From Candidatus Geohabitans tengchongensis (GTDB lineage Bacteria; Sysuimicrobiota; Sysuimicrobiia; Sysuimicrobiales; Humicultoraceae), in NCBI GenBank assembly GCA_031459625.1, contig JAVKIH010000002.1, positions 42,958-106,957 of the forward strand: a DNA stretch of 64,000 bases, given 5' to 3'. How positions within the stretch are numbered: position 1 is the stretch's first letter; every line of letters starts with the position of its first letter. Below are positions 8,834-19,334 of this stretch, one piece after another. Position numbers and translations under genes: made by a program. The notes under the pieces are model-generated. The model was not told where the DNA came from. It saw nothing but the letters and a program-made list of their open reading frames with translations, and searched no databases.

Positions 8834-9972
8834 GACGGGTCGGCCCCTTCTTGGTGGAACCTCGGCCTGACCCCCCGGGGTGGTGGGTGCTCACCGTCTC
8901 CGCCGGGGCCGTCGTGGCCGCGTTCCTCCTGGCCGGCGTGATCTTCGCCGCCTACGGCGTCTCCCCGGTGCGCGCCTACGCCGTGATCGTCCAGGGGACC
9001 CTCTTCAACGCCCGGGCCCTGCCGGAGATCGTGCGCAACACCATCCCCCTGCTGCTGGCCGGCGTGGGGCTGGCCCTGGCCTTCCGTGCCCAGTTCTGGA
9101 ACATCGGCGCCGAGGGCCAGCTGCTCTGCGGCGCCATCGGCGCCACCTGGGTGGCCCTCTTCTCCCCCGTCCCCGCGGCGTGGAAGCTGCCGGCCATGTT
9201 CCTGGCCGGCTTCCTGGCCGGTGCGACCTGGGGCGCGCTGCCGGTCCTGCTGCGCTGGCGCTTCGCCGTGAACGAGGTCATCTCCACGCTCATGCTCAAC
9301 TACATCGCGCTCTACATCGTCGCCTGGCTGGTGCACGGCCCCTGGAAGGGGCCGGAGATGCGCGGCTTCGCCTTCACCAATGCCTTCCCGCCGGGCGCCA
9401 CCATCCCCGTGCTGGCCGGCACGCGCATCCACTGGCCCACCCTCGCCCTCGGGCTGCTGCTGGCCGTGGGCGCGGCGTTGCTCCTGGCCCGCACGCGGCT
9501 GGGCTTCGAGATCCGCGTCCAGGGGCACAGTCCCGAGGCGGCGCGGTATGCGGGCATGCGGCCGGCGCGGGTGACCTTGCTCGTCATGCTCCTGGCCGGC
9601 GGGGCGGCGGGATGGGCCGGGGTGGGGGAAGTGGGCGGCATCCACCACCGCCTGCTCGACCCCAACCAGATCTCGCTGGGCTTCGGCTACGCGGCCATCA
9701 TCGTGGCCTGGCTCGCCCGCAACAACCCGCTGGCGGTGATCGCCACCGCGCTCTTCCTCGGGATCATCTTCGCCAGCGGGGACGTGATGCGGGTGGCGCT
9801 GCAGATGCCGGCCCGGGTGACCGACGTCTTCAACGGGCTGATCCTCTTCTGCCTGATCGGCAGCGAGCGGCTGCTGCGGCTGCGGGTGCGATGGGCGCCT
9901 GCACCCGCTGCACGCGCCCCGGTGATGGAGCCGGAACGGGAAGTCCCCGGGCTGGGGGGCGGTGACGGATGA
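8830..9972 (+). CDS. Nucleoside ABC transporter permease 1
   Basis: WNIGAEGQ, NEVISTLMLNY, AARYAG, multiple TM segments. Confidence 0.9.
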   Translation: MRRVGPFLVEPRPDPPGWWVLTVSAGAVVAAFLLAGVIFAAYGVSPVRAYAVIVQGTLFNARALPEIVRNTIPLLLAGVGLALAFRAQFWNIGAEGQLLCGAIGATWVALFSPVPAAWKLPAMFLAGFLAGATWGALPVLLRWRFAVNEVISTLMLNYIALYIVAWLVHGPWKGPEMRGFAFTNAFPPGATIPVLAGTRIHWPTLALGLLLAVGAALLLARTRLGFEIRVQGHSPEAARYAGMRPARVTLLVMLLAGGAAGWAGVGEVGGIHHRLLDPNQISLGFGYAAIIVAWLARNNPLAVIATALFLGIIFASGDVMRVALQMPARVTDVFNGLILFCLIGSERLLRLRVRWAPAPAARAPVMEPEREVPGLGGGDG

Positions 9973-10060
9973 TCTCAGGGGACCGGAGGAGCGGTGGCCT
10001 GAGGCCGGCGGGGCCGGGGGAGCGCCGGGGTCTGGGGGCGGGGGAGCCGGAGGGCGCGTG

Positions 10061-10936
10061 ATGGAAGCGGTGGTCACCTGGCTGGCCGAGACGCTGGTGC
10101 GGGCGCTGGCCCTGGGCACGCCGCTGCTGTGGGCGGCGCTGGGCGAGGTCTACGCCGAGCGCAGCGGCGTGGTCAACCTGGGCGTGGAGGGGATGATGAT
10201 CCTCGGCGCCTTCGCCGCCTTCGCCGTGGCGCAGACCCTGGGGCGTCCCGAGGTGGGGCTCCTGGCCGCCGCCGGCGTCGGCGGGCTGGCCGCGCTGCTG
10301 CACGCCTTCGTCGCCGTGACGCTGCGCGCCAACCAATACGTCTCGGGGCTGGCCCTCACCATGCTCGGCCTGGGGCTCTCCGCCCTGCTGGGCCGCCGCT
10401 GGGAGGGGCTGCCGCTCCTCAACACCCTGCCCGAGGTCTCGGGGGTCACCTTCGGCGGGGTGCTGCTGGCGGTGCTCCTGTGGTTTGTCCTGTACCACAC
10501 CGCCTGGGGGGTGGCGCTGCGCTCGGCGGGAGAGGCGCCGGCGGCCGTGGACGCCGTGGGCATCAACGTGGCCCTGGTGCGCTACCTGGCGGTGGTCCTG
10601 GGCGGCATGCTGGCCGGGGTGGGCGGCGGCTTCCTCTCGGTGGCCTACCGCCCCTCCTGGACCGAGGGGATGACCGCGGGGCTGGGGTGGATCGCCATCG
10701 CCATCGCCATCTTCGCCGCCTGGGACCCGCTGCGGGCGGTGGCCGGGGCGGTGCTCTTCGGGGGCCTCTTCCACCTGTCGTTCCGCCTCCAGACCTGGAT
10801 CCCCCCGGAGCCCCTCCAGCTCATGCCGTTTGCGGTGACGATCCTGGTCCTGGCGGCGGCGGGGCGGGGCGGCGCCCGCCGGTGGGGTGGGGCGCCCGAG
10901 GCGCTGGGCCTGCCCTATAGCCGGGGCGAACCCTGA
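10061..10936 (+). CDS. Nucleoside ABC transporter permease 2
   Basis: ERSGVVNLGVEGMM, RANQYVSGLA, GWIAIA; ATG at 10061 after GGAGG. Confidence 0.9.
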   Translation: MEAVVTWLAETLVRALALGTPLLWAALGEVYAERSGVVNLGVEGMMILGAFAAFAVAQTLGRPEVGLLAAAGVGGLAALLHAFVAVTLRANQYVSGLALTMLGLGLSALLGRRWEGLPLLNTLPEVSGVTFGGVLLAVLLWFVLYHTAWGVALRSAGEAPAAVDAVGINVALVRYLAVVLGGMLAGVGGGFLSVAYRPSWTEGMTAGLGWIAIAIAIFAAWDPLRAVAGAVLFGGLFHLSFRLQTWIPPEPLQLMPFAVTILVLAAAGRGGARRWGGAPEALGLPYSRGEP

Positions 10937-11017
10937 CGATCCAGGGGCCGGGCGGCAGGCGGAGGCGTCGTGGCCGTGGAACCAGATCACGCAGAACTGG
11001 CGCAGGGGAGGGAGACG

Positions 11018-12169
11018 ATGCGGATCCTGCGGGCATGCCTGGTGCTCATCCTGGTCCTGGCCTTCGCCGCCGGCGGGGCGGCGCAGGCGAAGCTCAAGGT
11101 GGGGTTCATCTACGTGGGCCCCATCGGCGACTACGGGTGGACCCACGCGCACGACCAGGCGCGGCGGATCGTCGAGCAGAAGCTGCCGGTGCAGACGATG
11201 TACGTGGAGTCGGTGCCGGAGGCCCAGGTGCAGCCCTTCATCGAGAAGCTCATCCAGCAGGGCGCCCGGGTGGTCTTCACCACCAGCTTCGGCTTCATGG
11301 ACGGCACGCTGGAGATGGCCAAGCGCTACCCGACCATCATCTTCGGCCACGCCAGCGGCTTCAAGCGCAACCACAACATGTTCACCTACATGGCCGACTT
11401 CTACCAGGTCTACTACCTCAACGGACTGATGGCCGGCGCGCTGACCCGGAGCCACAAGATCGGCTACGTGGGCGCCTTCCCCATCCCGGAGGTCAAGCGC
11501 CACATCAGCGCCTTCGCGCTCGGCGTGCGCGCCGTGAACCCGCGCGCCACCGTCCACGTCCGCTGGATCTTCTCCTGGTTCGACCCGGCCAAGGCCAAGG
11601 AGGCCACCGAGGCTCTCATCGCCGAAGGCGCCGACGTCTTCGCCTTCACCGAGGACTCGCCGACGGTGATCCAGGTGGCGGCGCGGCGAAACCTCCTCTC
11701 CTTCAGCCACTACTCCCCGATGCAGCGGTTCGCCCCGCGCCACGTGATCTCGGGGCAGCTGGTGCACTGGGAGACGATCTACCTGGACTTCCTCTCCAAG
11801 GTGCTCAGCGGCCGGTACAACGCCGAGAACCTGGCCAACGTGGACTACTGGTGGCTGCTGGCGGAGAAGGCGGTGGAGCTGGGCGGGGAGTTCGGGGTAC
11901 CGATCAACCCGATCTTCGTGGACCGGCTGAAGGCGGCGCGGGTCCAGACGCGGGAGTTCGGCCGGGTCTCCGTCTACGACCTGGTGAACCGTCGCCTGGC
12001 CCAGATGTCCGCCAAGCCGGTGAAGTGGGACCCCTTCACCGGACCCATCCGCGACCGCAACGGGGTGCTGCGCGTCCCGGCGGGCAAGGTCATGACCGTG
12101 GCCGAGCTGACCACGATGGAGTGGGCGGCCCCTGGCGTGGTCGGCCCCTGGCCGAAGGAGCCGAAGTAG
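11018..12169 (+). CDS. BMP/PnrA-family nucleoside-binding periplasmic protein
   Basis: Signal peptide (AQA-K, no lipobox), GFIYVGPIGDYGWTHAH, TSFGFMD, PIPEVKRHI, SWFDP. Confidence 0.9.
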   Translation: MRILRACLVLILVLAFAAGGAAQAKLKVGFIYVGPIGDYGWTHAHDQARRIVEQKLPVQTMYVESVPEAQVQPFIEKLIQQGARVVFTTSFGFMDGTLEMAKRYPTIIFGHASGFKRNHNMFTYMADFYQVYYLNGLMAGALTRSHKIGYVGAFPIPEVKRHISAFALGVRAVNPRATVHVRWIFSWFDPAKAKEATEALIAEGADVFAFTEDSPTVIQVAARRNLLSFSHYSPMQRFAPRHVISGQLVHWETIYLDFLSKVLSGRYNAENLANVDYWWLLAEKAVELGGEFGVPINPIFVDRLKAARVQTREFGRVSVYDLVNRRLAQMSAKPVKWDPFTGPIRDRNGVLRVPAGKVMTVAELTTMEWAAPGVVGPWPKEPK

Positions 12170-12264
12170 CGGGCGTGGTCGGCCCCGCGCCGCACGAGCC
12201 GGCGTAGGGCTGCCACGCCAGCCCGGCGCGAACTCCAGCCCCGGCGCGACCGGCCGGCCCGAGG

Positions 12265-13626
12265 CTACTCCGCCGCCCCGGCGGAGAGCCGGGCCGGCCG
12301 TGCCGTCTGCTGGACCTTGGCGAGCGCCTCCTCCAGGATGTCGAGGGCCCGCTGCAGGTCCTCCTCGGCGATGACCAGGGGCATCAGGAAGCGGATGACG
12401 TTGCCGTAGAGCCCCGCCCGCAGGGCGAGGACACCTCTGGCCAGCGCCTCCCGCAGCACCGCCGCCGTCGCGTCGGGCGCCGGCGCACGGGTGGTGCGGT
12501 CGTGCACCAGTTCGACCGCGCGCATGGCACCCAGGCCTCGGGCGTGGCCGACGAGGGGGTAGCGCGCCGCCCACGCGGCCAGGCGCGCCTCCAGCACCTC
12601 CCCCAGCCGGCGCGCCCGCTCCACCAGCCGCTCCTCCTCGATCACCTCGAGGACCGCCAGCGCCGCCGCGCAGGCGACCGGGTTGCCCACGTACGTCCCC
12701 CCGAGCGCCCCCGGCGGGGCCTGGTCGAACAGGTCGGCGCGGCCCACGACCGCTGAGAGGGGCATCCCGGCGGCCAGGGACTTCCCCACCACCAGCAGGT
12801 CCGGCGTGACACCGCTGTGCTCCACGGCGAACATCCGCCCCGTCCGCCCGAACCCGGTCTGGATCTCGTCGACGATGAGGAGGATGCCGTGGCGATCGCA
12901 CAGCGCTCGCAAGGCCGGGAGGAAGTCCGGCGGCGGGACGACGAACCCGCCCTCCCCCAGCACCGGCTCCACGATCACGGCCGCCACCGCGTCCGGCGCC
13001 ACCTGCGCCACCAGCATCCGCTCCAGATGGTCCATGACGTAGGCGGTGGGGTCGGCCGACGGGGTGCGGTAGGGGTCGGGGTAGGGGGCCCGGTAGACCT
13101 CGGGCATGAAGGGCCCGAGGCGCCGCTTGTAGGGGTCCACGCGGCTGGTCAATGAGAGGGCCAGGTAGGTGCGGCCGTGGAAGGCGCCCTCGAAGGCGAT
13201 GAGGGCCGGCCGCCCCGTCGCCGCCCGCGCCACTTTCACCGCGTTCTCCACCGCCTCCGCGCCGGAGTTGAAGAGGGCGGCGCGCCTGGGTCCGGCGCCG
13301 GGGGCCAGGGCCACGAGGCGCTCCGCCACGGCGACGTACGCCTCGTAGGGGGCCACGGTGAAGTCGGTGTGGATGAAGCGCCTCGCCTGCTCGGTGATGG
13401 CGGCCACGACCTTCGGGTGGCTGTGCCCGACGTTCAGGCACCCCACCCCGCCGCTCAGGTCCAGGTAGACGTGGCCGTCCGCGTCCCACAGGCGGGCGCC
13501 CTCGGCGCGCACCACGAAGACGGGCGTCAGCAGGTCGAGTGCCGGCGGGACGACGGCGCGGGCCCGCCGGAGCAGCGCGTCCGCGCGCGGGCCCAGACGG
13601 TGGACGGCGTGGCGGGGATCGGTCAC
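12265..13626 (-). CDS. gabT: 4-aminobutyrate aminotransferase (class III PLP)
   Basis: FNSGAEAVENAVK, AFHGRT, EPVLGEGG, DEIQTGFGRTG, GKSLAAG, GGTYVGNP; GTG start after AAGGGAG. Confidence 0.88.
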   Translation of the reverse strand: MTDPRHAVHRLGPRADALLRRARAVVPPALDLLTPVFVVRAEGARLWDADGHVYLDLSGGVGCLNVGHSHPKVVAAITEQARRFIHTDFTVAPYEAYVAVAERLVALAPGAGPRRAALFNSGAEAVENAVKVARAATGRPALIAFEGAFHGRTYLALSLTSRVDPYKRRLGPFMPEVYRAPYPDPYRTPSADPTAYVMDHLERMLVAQVAPDAVAAVIVEPVLGEGGFVVPPPDFLPALRALCDRHGILLIVDEIQTGFGRTGRMFAVEHSGVTPDLLVVGKSLAAGMPLSAVVGRADLFDQAPPGALGGTYVGNPVACAAALAVLEVIEEERLVERARRLGEVLEARLAAWAARYPLVGHARGLGAMRAVELVHDRTTRAPAPDATAAVLREALARGVLALRAGLYGNVIRFLMPLVIAEEDLQRALDILEEALAKVQQTARPARLSAGAAE

Positions 13627-13645
13627 GGTGCGGCTCCCTTCGCGG

Positions 13646-15088
13646 TCAGCGGCGCTCCAGCGCCACGACGGTGTGGACGTGGTTCGTCTGGGGGAAGAGG
13701 TCGAGCGGGCGGACGGCTCCGGCGACGTAGCCCCACCCGCGCAGGCGCCGCAGGTCTTCGGCGAGGGCCCGCAGCGACCGCGCCACGTAGACCAGGCGGT
13801 GGGGCCCTGCCGCCTGGAGCGCCGGACCCAGCTCCGCCGGCAGCCCGGCACCCGGCGGGGCGAGGACGAGGACGTCGCTGCGCTCCCCGCGCCGGTGGAG
13901 CTTGACCAGCACGCGGCCCGGGTCGCGGGTGTAGAAGACGGCGTTGGCGATGCCGTTGGCGGCGGCGGTGGCCCAGGCCGCCGTCATGGCCTCGCGGTCG
14001 GCGACCACGCCGACGGCCCGCCGGACGCACCCCGCCAGGGCCAGCGTGAGCACGCCGCCCTCCGCGAACGCCTCGAGGACCTGCTCCTCGCCGCGCAGCC
14101 GGGCCGCCTCGCGGACGGTCTCGAAGAGCAGCTTGAGCGCCCGCGGGCTGGGCAGGACCGGCAGGCGGGGGTCGAGGCGCCAGCGCACCCCCAGCAGCTC
14201 CTCCTGGACGTACGGCCGTCCCCACAGGAGGTCGAGGCGCGGGCCGAGCAGCCGCGGGAGGGGACGCCGCTGCACGGTGAGCAGGATTCCCACGAGGCCG
14301 GGGACCCGGTCGAGGAGGGCGCGGACGAAGGCCATGCGGTCGGGGAGGGGGCCGGTGGTGGAGAGGACCGCCAGAGCCTCCCCCGTGGCTGCCGCGGTCA
14401 GCCCCACCACGCCGCGGACCAGGCCGCGCCGCAGCCGGGGGTCGTACGGCGGCAGCCGCAGCGCCGCCACCGCCTCACGGACGGCGTGGAGGAGCTGCAC
14501 GTTCGTGGGGTGCTGGACGGCGCACGACTCCACCGGCACCACCGCGCCCCCGCCCCAGGTGTGGAACCCCGCCACGGGAACGCCGGCCCGACCGCTGATC
14601 GTGGCGGCCAGCACGGTGCGGTAGGTCCAGGGCTCGATGCCCACGCAGGGGGCTACGGCCGGGGGCTCCACCTCCGCGCCGCGCAGCGCCTCGACCACCA
14701 TGGCCTGCTTCAGGCGGCGCTGTCCATCCAGGACGATGTGCTGCCACTGGCACCCCCCGCAGCGGCCGAAGTGCGGGCAGGGAGGGACGGTGGCATCGGG
14801 GGACTTGCGCATGAGCCCGACGATGCGGCCGCGCAGGACCGGGGAGGTCTGCGTGACCTCGACGACGGCGGTCTCGCCGGGAATGCCGTAGGGGACGGCC
14901 AGACGGACCCGGCCGACGCGAGCCACGGCGGCGCCGTCTGGGGCCATGGCCGAGAAGGTCACCGTGAGCTGCGTCCCCGGCCGCAGGGGGCGGAGGCCGC
15001 CCGCGCGGTCCCCCACGCGTCCGGAGCCCCGTGCCGACGGCGTCGCGCGCCCCACGGACGCGGACGGAGACGGAGCCGCCTCACGCAT
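13646..15088 (-). CDS. RlmD/TrmA-family homologue (TRAM + Fe-S + MTase fold) with degenerate catalytic motifs
   Basis: [29 protein letters not shown] are recognisable, but DPPR, YVSC and HVE are altered; ATG overlaps the gatB end. Confidence 0.85.
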   Translation of the reverse strand: MREAAPSPSASVGRATPSARGSGRVGDRAGGLRPLRPGTQLTVTFSAMAPDGAAVARVGRVRLAVPYGIPGETAVVEVTQTSPVLRGRIVGLMRKSPDATVPPCPHFGRCGGCQWQHIVLDGQRRLKQAMVVEALRGAEVEPPAVAPCVGIEPWTYRTVLAATISGRAGVPVAGFHTWGGGAVVPVESCAVQHPTNVQLLHAVREAVAALRLPPYDPRLRRGLVRGVVGLTAAATGEALAVLSTTGPLPDRMAFVRALLDRVPGLVGILLTVQRRPLPRLLGPRLDLLWGRPYVQEELLGVRWRLDPRLPVLPSPRALKLLFETVREAARLRGEEQVLEAFAEGGVLTLALAGCVRRAVGVVADREAMTAAWATAAANGIANAVFYTRDPGRVLVKLHRRGERSDVLVLAPPGAGLPAELGPALQAAGPHRLVYVARSLRALAEDLRRLRGWGYVAGAVRPLDLFPQTNHVHTVVALERR

Positions 15089-16544
15089 CCCGCAGGCGCT
15101 CCCGCAGCAGCCGGTTGACCAGGTCGGGGTTGGCGCGCCCGCCGGTGCGCTTCATCACCTGCCCGACCAGGAAGGCCAGGGCGCGATCCTTCCCCTGGCG
15201 GTACTCCTCGGCGGGCCGGGGGTGGGCAGCCAGCACCTCCTCCACCACCCGGGCCAGGGCCTCGGGGTCGCTCAGCTGCTCCAACCCGCGCTCCGCCACC
15301 AGCGCCGCCGGCGGGACGTCGCGGCGCATCACCTCGGGCAGCAGCTCCTTGGCCGCGCGGATGCTGATCCGGCCTTCCTCCACCAGGCGCAGCAGGTCGG
15401 CCAGGCGCGCGGGCGTGAGCGCCGTCTGGTCGATCTCCCGCCCTTCGGCGTTGAGGACGCCGGCGACGTCCCCCACCAGCCAGTTGGCCACGGTGCGCGG
15501 CTGCGGGAAGGCGGCCAGGGTAGCCTCGAAGAAGCTGGCGAGCTTGGGATCGCGGACGAGCAGGTTGGCCTCGTGGCGCCCCAGCCCGAGCGCCGTGACG
15601 TAGCGCGCCCGCTTCTGCGCCGGCAGTTCCGGCAGGCTGGCCCGGACCGTGTCCAGCCACGCCTCGTCGATGTGGAGCGGCACCAGGTCGGGCTCGGGGA
15701 AGTAGCGGTAGTCCTCCGCCTCTTCCTTGGTGCGCGTGGAGAAGGTCACCTGGCGGCGCTCGTCCCAGTGGCGGGTCTCCTGGACCACCGGCGCGCCCTG
15801 CGCCAGCAGGGCAGCCTGCCGCTCGGCCTCGAAGGTCAGCGCCCGCTCCAGCGCGCGCAGGGAGTTGAGGTTCTTCACCTCGGTGCGCGTGCCCAGGGTG
15901 CCGTCGGGTCGGCGCAGCGAGATGTTGGCGTCCACCCGCAGCGTCCCCTCCTCCATCCGCCCCGCGCTCACCTCCAGGGTCTGGAGGAGCGCGCGCAGCT
16001 CGAGGAGGAACTCCCGCGCCTCGGCCGGGCTGCGCAGGTCGGGCTGGGTGACGATCTCCATCAGCGGCACGCCGGAGCGGTTGTAGTCCACCAGCGAGCG
16101 TGGCCGCCCGTCCTGGGGGTGGAGGAGCTTGCCGGTGTCCTCCTCCAGGTGGACCCGGCGGATGCGGATGGCCCGCCCCTCCCCGTCCACCTCGATCTCC
16201 AGCCACCCGTCCGTGGCCAGCGGCGGGTGGTCCATGTATTGGTACTGGGAGATCTGGTAGTTCTTCGGCAGGTCGGGGTAGTAGTAGTTCTTCCGGTGGA
16301 ACTGGCTGCGCGGGTGGACGCGGCAGCCCAGGGCCAGCGCCGTGCGCAACCCCAGCTCCACCGCCCGCCGGTTGGGGACCGGCAGCGCCCCCGGCAGCCC
16401 CAGGCAGACCGGGCAGACCAGCGTGTTGGGCGGCGCGCCGAAGGCCACCGCGCACCCGCAGAACATCTTGGAGGCGGTGAGGAGCTGGGCGTGGATCTCC
16501 AGCCCGATCACCACCTGCAGGCCGCGCGCGGTGACGGCTCTCAT
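15081..16544 (-). CDS. gatB: Asp/Glu-tRNA amidotransferase subunit B
   Basis: [51 protein letters not shown]. Confidence 0.98.
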   Translation of the reverse strand: MRAVTARGLQVVIGLEIHAQLLTASKMFCGCAVAFGAPPNTLVCPVCLGLPGALPVPNRRAVELGLRTALALGCRVHPRSQFHRKNYYYPDLPKNYQISQYQYMDHPPLATDGWLEIEVDGEGRAIRIRRVHLEEDTGKLLHPQDGRPRSLVDYNRSGVPLMEIVTQPDLRSPAEAREFLLELRALLQTLEVSAGRMEEGTLRVDANISLRRPDGTLGTRTEVKNLNSLRALERALTFEAERQAALLAQGAPVVQETRHWDERRQVTFSTRTKEEAEDYRYFPEPDLVPLHIDEAWLDTVRASLPELPAQKRARYVTALGLGRHEANLLVRDPKLASFFEATLAAFPQPRTVANWLVGDVAGVLNAEGREIDQTALTPARLADLLRLVEEGRISIRAAKELLPEVMRRDVPPAALVAERGLEQLSDPEALARVVEEVLAAHPRPAEEYRQGKDRALAFLVGQVMKRTGGRANPDLVNRLLRERLRDA

Positions 16545-16566
16545 GGGGCGTGCTCGGCGACAGCGC

Positions 16567-18033
16567 TCATGCGGCGGCGGCCAGGGCCGGCGCCCGGCGG
16601 TGCCAGGGCGTGACCTGCTCGTAGGCGTGGGCGGCGCGCAGCAGCGTGGCCTCGTCGAAGGGGCGCCCGATGAGCTGCAGGCCCACCGGCAGCCCGTCGG
16701 CGAAGCCGCACGGCACGGAGATCCCCGGGAGGCCCGCCATGTTCACCGGGACGGTGAAGATGTCGGCCAGGTACATCTGCAGGGGGTCGTCCACCCGCTC
16801 GCCCAGGCGGAAGGCCACGGTCGGCGAGGTGGGCAGCGCCACCAGATCCACCTCGCGGAACGCCGCCTCGAAGTCCCGCCGCACCAGTGTGCGGGCGCGC
16901 TGCGCCGTCAGGTAGAAGGCGTCGTAGAAGCCGCTGCTCAAAGCGTAGGTGCCCAGCATGATGCGGCGCTTCACCTCGGCGCCGAAGCCCGCCGCGCGGG
17001 TGCGGGCGAACATCTCCACCACGTCCGGGGCCGCCACGCGCAGGCCGTGGCGCACCCCGTCGTAGCGGGCCAGGTTGCTGCTCGCCTCCGCCGTGGCCAC
17101 CAGGTAGTAGGTGGCCAGCGCGTAGTCGATCATCGGCAGGCTCACCTCGCGCAGCTCCGCGCCGAGCCCGGCCAGCACCTCGAGCGCGGCCTCCACCGCC
17201 GCCGCCACCCCGGGCTGCAGCCCCTCGCCGCGCCCCTCCCGGGCCACGCCAATGCGCAGCCCCTCGATGCCCCCGCCCAGCGCCGCCGGGTAGTCCGGCA
17301 CCGGCACCGGCGCGCTGGTGGCGTCGAGCGGGTCCGGGCCGGCGATCACCTGGAGGAGGAGGGCCGCGTCCCGCACCGTGCGCGCCAGCGGGCCGATCTG
17401 GTCGAGCGAGGAGCCGTAGGCGACCAGCCCGGAGCGGGAGACCCGGCCGTAGGTGGGCTTGAGGCCGACGATGCCGGCCAGCGCGGCCGGCTGGCGAATG
17501 CTGCCGCCGGTGTCGGTGCCGAGCGCCCAGGGGGCCAGCCCCGCCGCCACCGCGGCGGCCGAGCCGCCGCTGCTCCCGCCCGGGACGCGCGAGAGGTCCC
17601 AGGGGTTGCGGGTGGGGCCGAAGGCGGAGTTCTCGGTGGAGGAGCCCATGGCGAACTCGTCCAGGTTGGTCTTCCCCAGCAGCACCGCGCCCGCCTCGCG
17701 CAGCCGCACCATCACGGTGGCGTCGTAGGGGGGCCGCCACCCCTCCAGGATGCGGGAGCCGCACGTGGTGGGCACCCCGCGGGTGCAGATGTTGTCCTTC
17801 ACCGCCACCGGGATCCCGGCGAGCGGCGGCAGGGGCTCGCCCCGGGCTGCCCGCTGGTCCCACCGGCGCGCCTCCGCCCGCGCCGCCTCCGGGTCCACGT
17901 AGAGGTAGGCGCGCACCTGCCCGTCCAGCGCCTCGATGCGCGCCAGGTAGGCGTCCACCACCTCCAGCGCGGACCAGTCGCGGCGGCGCAGCCCCTCGAT
18001 CAGGCTCGCGGCGGGCAGCAGGGTGTCGAGCAT
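16567..18033 (-). CDS. gatA: Asp/Glu-tRNA amidotransferase subunit A
   Basis: [45 protein letters not shown]. Confidence 0.98.
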   Translation of the reverse strand: MLDTLLPAASLIEGLRRRDWSALEVVDAYLARIEALDGQVRAYLYVDPEAARAEARRWDQRAARGEPLPPLAGIPVAVKDNICTRGVPTTCGSRILEGWRPPYDATVMVRLREAGAVLLGKTNLDEFAMGSSTENSAFGPTRNPWDLSRVPGGSSGGSAAAVAAGLAPWALGTDTGGSIRQPAALAGIVGLKPTYGRVSRSGLVAYGSSLDQIGPLARTVRDAALLLQVIAGPDPLDATSAPVPVPDYPAALGGGIEGLRIGVAREGRGEGLQPGVAAAVEAALEVLAGLGAELREVSLPMIDYALATYYLVATAEASSNLARYDGVRHGLRVAAPDVVEMFARTRAAGFGAEVKRRIMLGTYALSSGFYDAFYLTAQRARTLVRRDFEAAFREVDLVALPTSPTVAFRLGERVDDPLQMYLADIFTVPVNMAGLPGISVPCGFADGLPVGLQLIGRPFDEATLLRAAHAYEQVTPWHRRAPALAAAA

Positions 18034-18476
18034 CAGCCGGCGCGACCCTCCCCGCCCCGGTCCGGCGGCGGCCCGGCGGTCTCGTCGGCGACCTCCCCGG
18101 AGCCATGCGGCCCGTCGGCCCTGCCGGGCGGTGGGGCGGCTTCGTGGACGGCCTCCTCCGGCACGGGCGGTGGGGATTCGTGGACGACCTCCTCCAGCAC
18201 CGCCGGGACAACGAAGAACCCCTCCTCCACCTCGGGGGCGGCCGCCAGGACCTCGTCCCGCGGCAGCGACGGTCGGGGGATGTCCTCCCGGAAGAGGTTG
18301 GTGCCCTCGTGGACGTGCGCGGTCGGGGGGACCGTGCCGAGGTCCAGGCTCTGGAGCCGGGCGAAGTAGTCGACGATCTCGCGGAGCTGGCGGGTGAAGG
18401 CCTCCCGCTCGGCCTCGGTGAGGGCCAGCCGGCTCAGCCGGGCGACGTAGTCGACGGTGGCGCGATCGATGGCCAT
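18033..18476 (-). CDS. gatC: Asp/Glu-tRNA amidotransferase subunit C with C-terminal extension
   Basis: [24 protein letters not shown]; first gene of gatCAB. Confidence 0.93.
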   Translation of the reverse strand: MAIDRATVDYVARLSRLALTEAEREAFTRQLREIVDYFARLQSLDLGTVPPTAHVHEGTNLFREDIPRPSLPRDEVLAAAPEVEEGFFVVPAVLEEVVHESPPPVPEEAVHEAAPPPGRADGPHGSGEVADETAGPPPDRGGEGRAG

Positions 18477-18564
18477 GGCAGGGACCATCGTACCACGAGC
18501 CGTTTGCGCCGTTGCCGGGAGCAGAGTACTCCGCCACCGGTACCCGAGGGGTAGCGACCTCGAG

Positions 18565-18660
18565 GACCTGGAAGCTGGCGGCACGGAGGTGCAGATCACC
18601 GCCCCGGAGACGCTGGAGTGCGCGCTGGCGAGTGAGACCGGTACCCAGAGTGTGCCCTGA
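18565..18660 (+). pseudogene. Possible 3' remnant of a carbamate kinase-like gene
   Basis: [30 protein letters not shown] resembles the carbamate kinase C-terminus; no upstream body present. Confidence 0.4.
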
Positions 18661-18750
18661 GCAGTCAGACAGCGGGAGGGACCGCCACGATGTTTGAGCG
18701 AGCGATGCGCGAGGTCGTAGAGCAGGCAAGATGGCACGGGAAACGGACGG

Positions 18751-18890
18751 TCACTCTGCGAACTCCTCCAAAATTTGGAGCACGTCGAACTCGTTGCCGT
18801 CGGGGTCGGCAAAGGACGTTTGCAGGGCGCGCATCAGTTCCGCAGGCCTGAAGTCGTACTCCCGTGGAGGGCGCACCAAGCCGCCGAACT
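18751..18890 (-). pseudogene. Possible 3' remnant of a VOC/glyoxalase-family gene
   Basis: LVRPPREYDF...SFADPDGNEFDVLQ*; the DPDGN motif is typical of VOC C-termini; no credible start. Confidence 0.45.
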
Positions 18891-18938
18891 GGCGGGGGTC
18901 CGGGGACCCGGGGACGCCCGTGCTAGGATGGGGCCGAC

Positions 18939-19334
18939 GTGGAGCGCAGCCGGGACTGGATGGAGGACGCCCGCCGCGACCTGGAGCACGCCAGGAGCGA
19001 CGCGGAACGGGGGTTCTACAACTGGGCCTGCTTCTCCGCGCAGCAGGCCGCCGAGAAGGCCGTGAAGGCCGTCTTCCAGCGTCTGGGGGCGGAGGCGTGG
19101 GGCCACTCGGTGGCCGACCTCCTCGGCGAGCTCCGCTCACGCGCCGACGTCCCGGGCGCGCTCGTCGACCGTGCCCTGGAACTGGACAAGGCCTACATCC
19201 CCGCCCGCTATCCCAATGCCCACCCGGCGGGGTCGGCCAGCAGCCGGTACACGCGAACGGAGGCCGAGCGCCTGATCGCCCATGCGGAAGCGGTCGTCGA
19301 GTTCTGTCAGGGTCTCCTATCCACGCTGGACTAG
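18939..19334 (+). CDS. HEPN domain protein
   Basis: ACFSAQQAAEKAVKA, WGHSV, LDKAYIPARYP. Confidence 0.93.
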   Translation: MERSRDWMEDARRDLEHARSDAERGFYNWACFSAQQAAEKAVKAVFQRLGAEAWGHSVADLLGELRSRADVPGALVDRALELDKAYIPARYPNAHPAGSASSRYTRTEAERLIAHAEAVVEFCQGLLSTLD

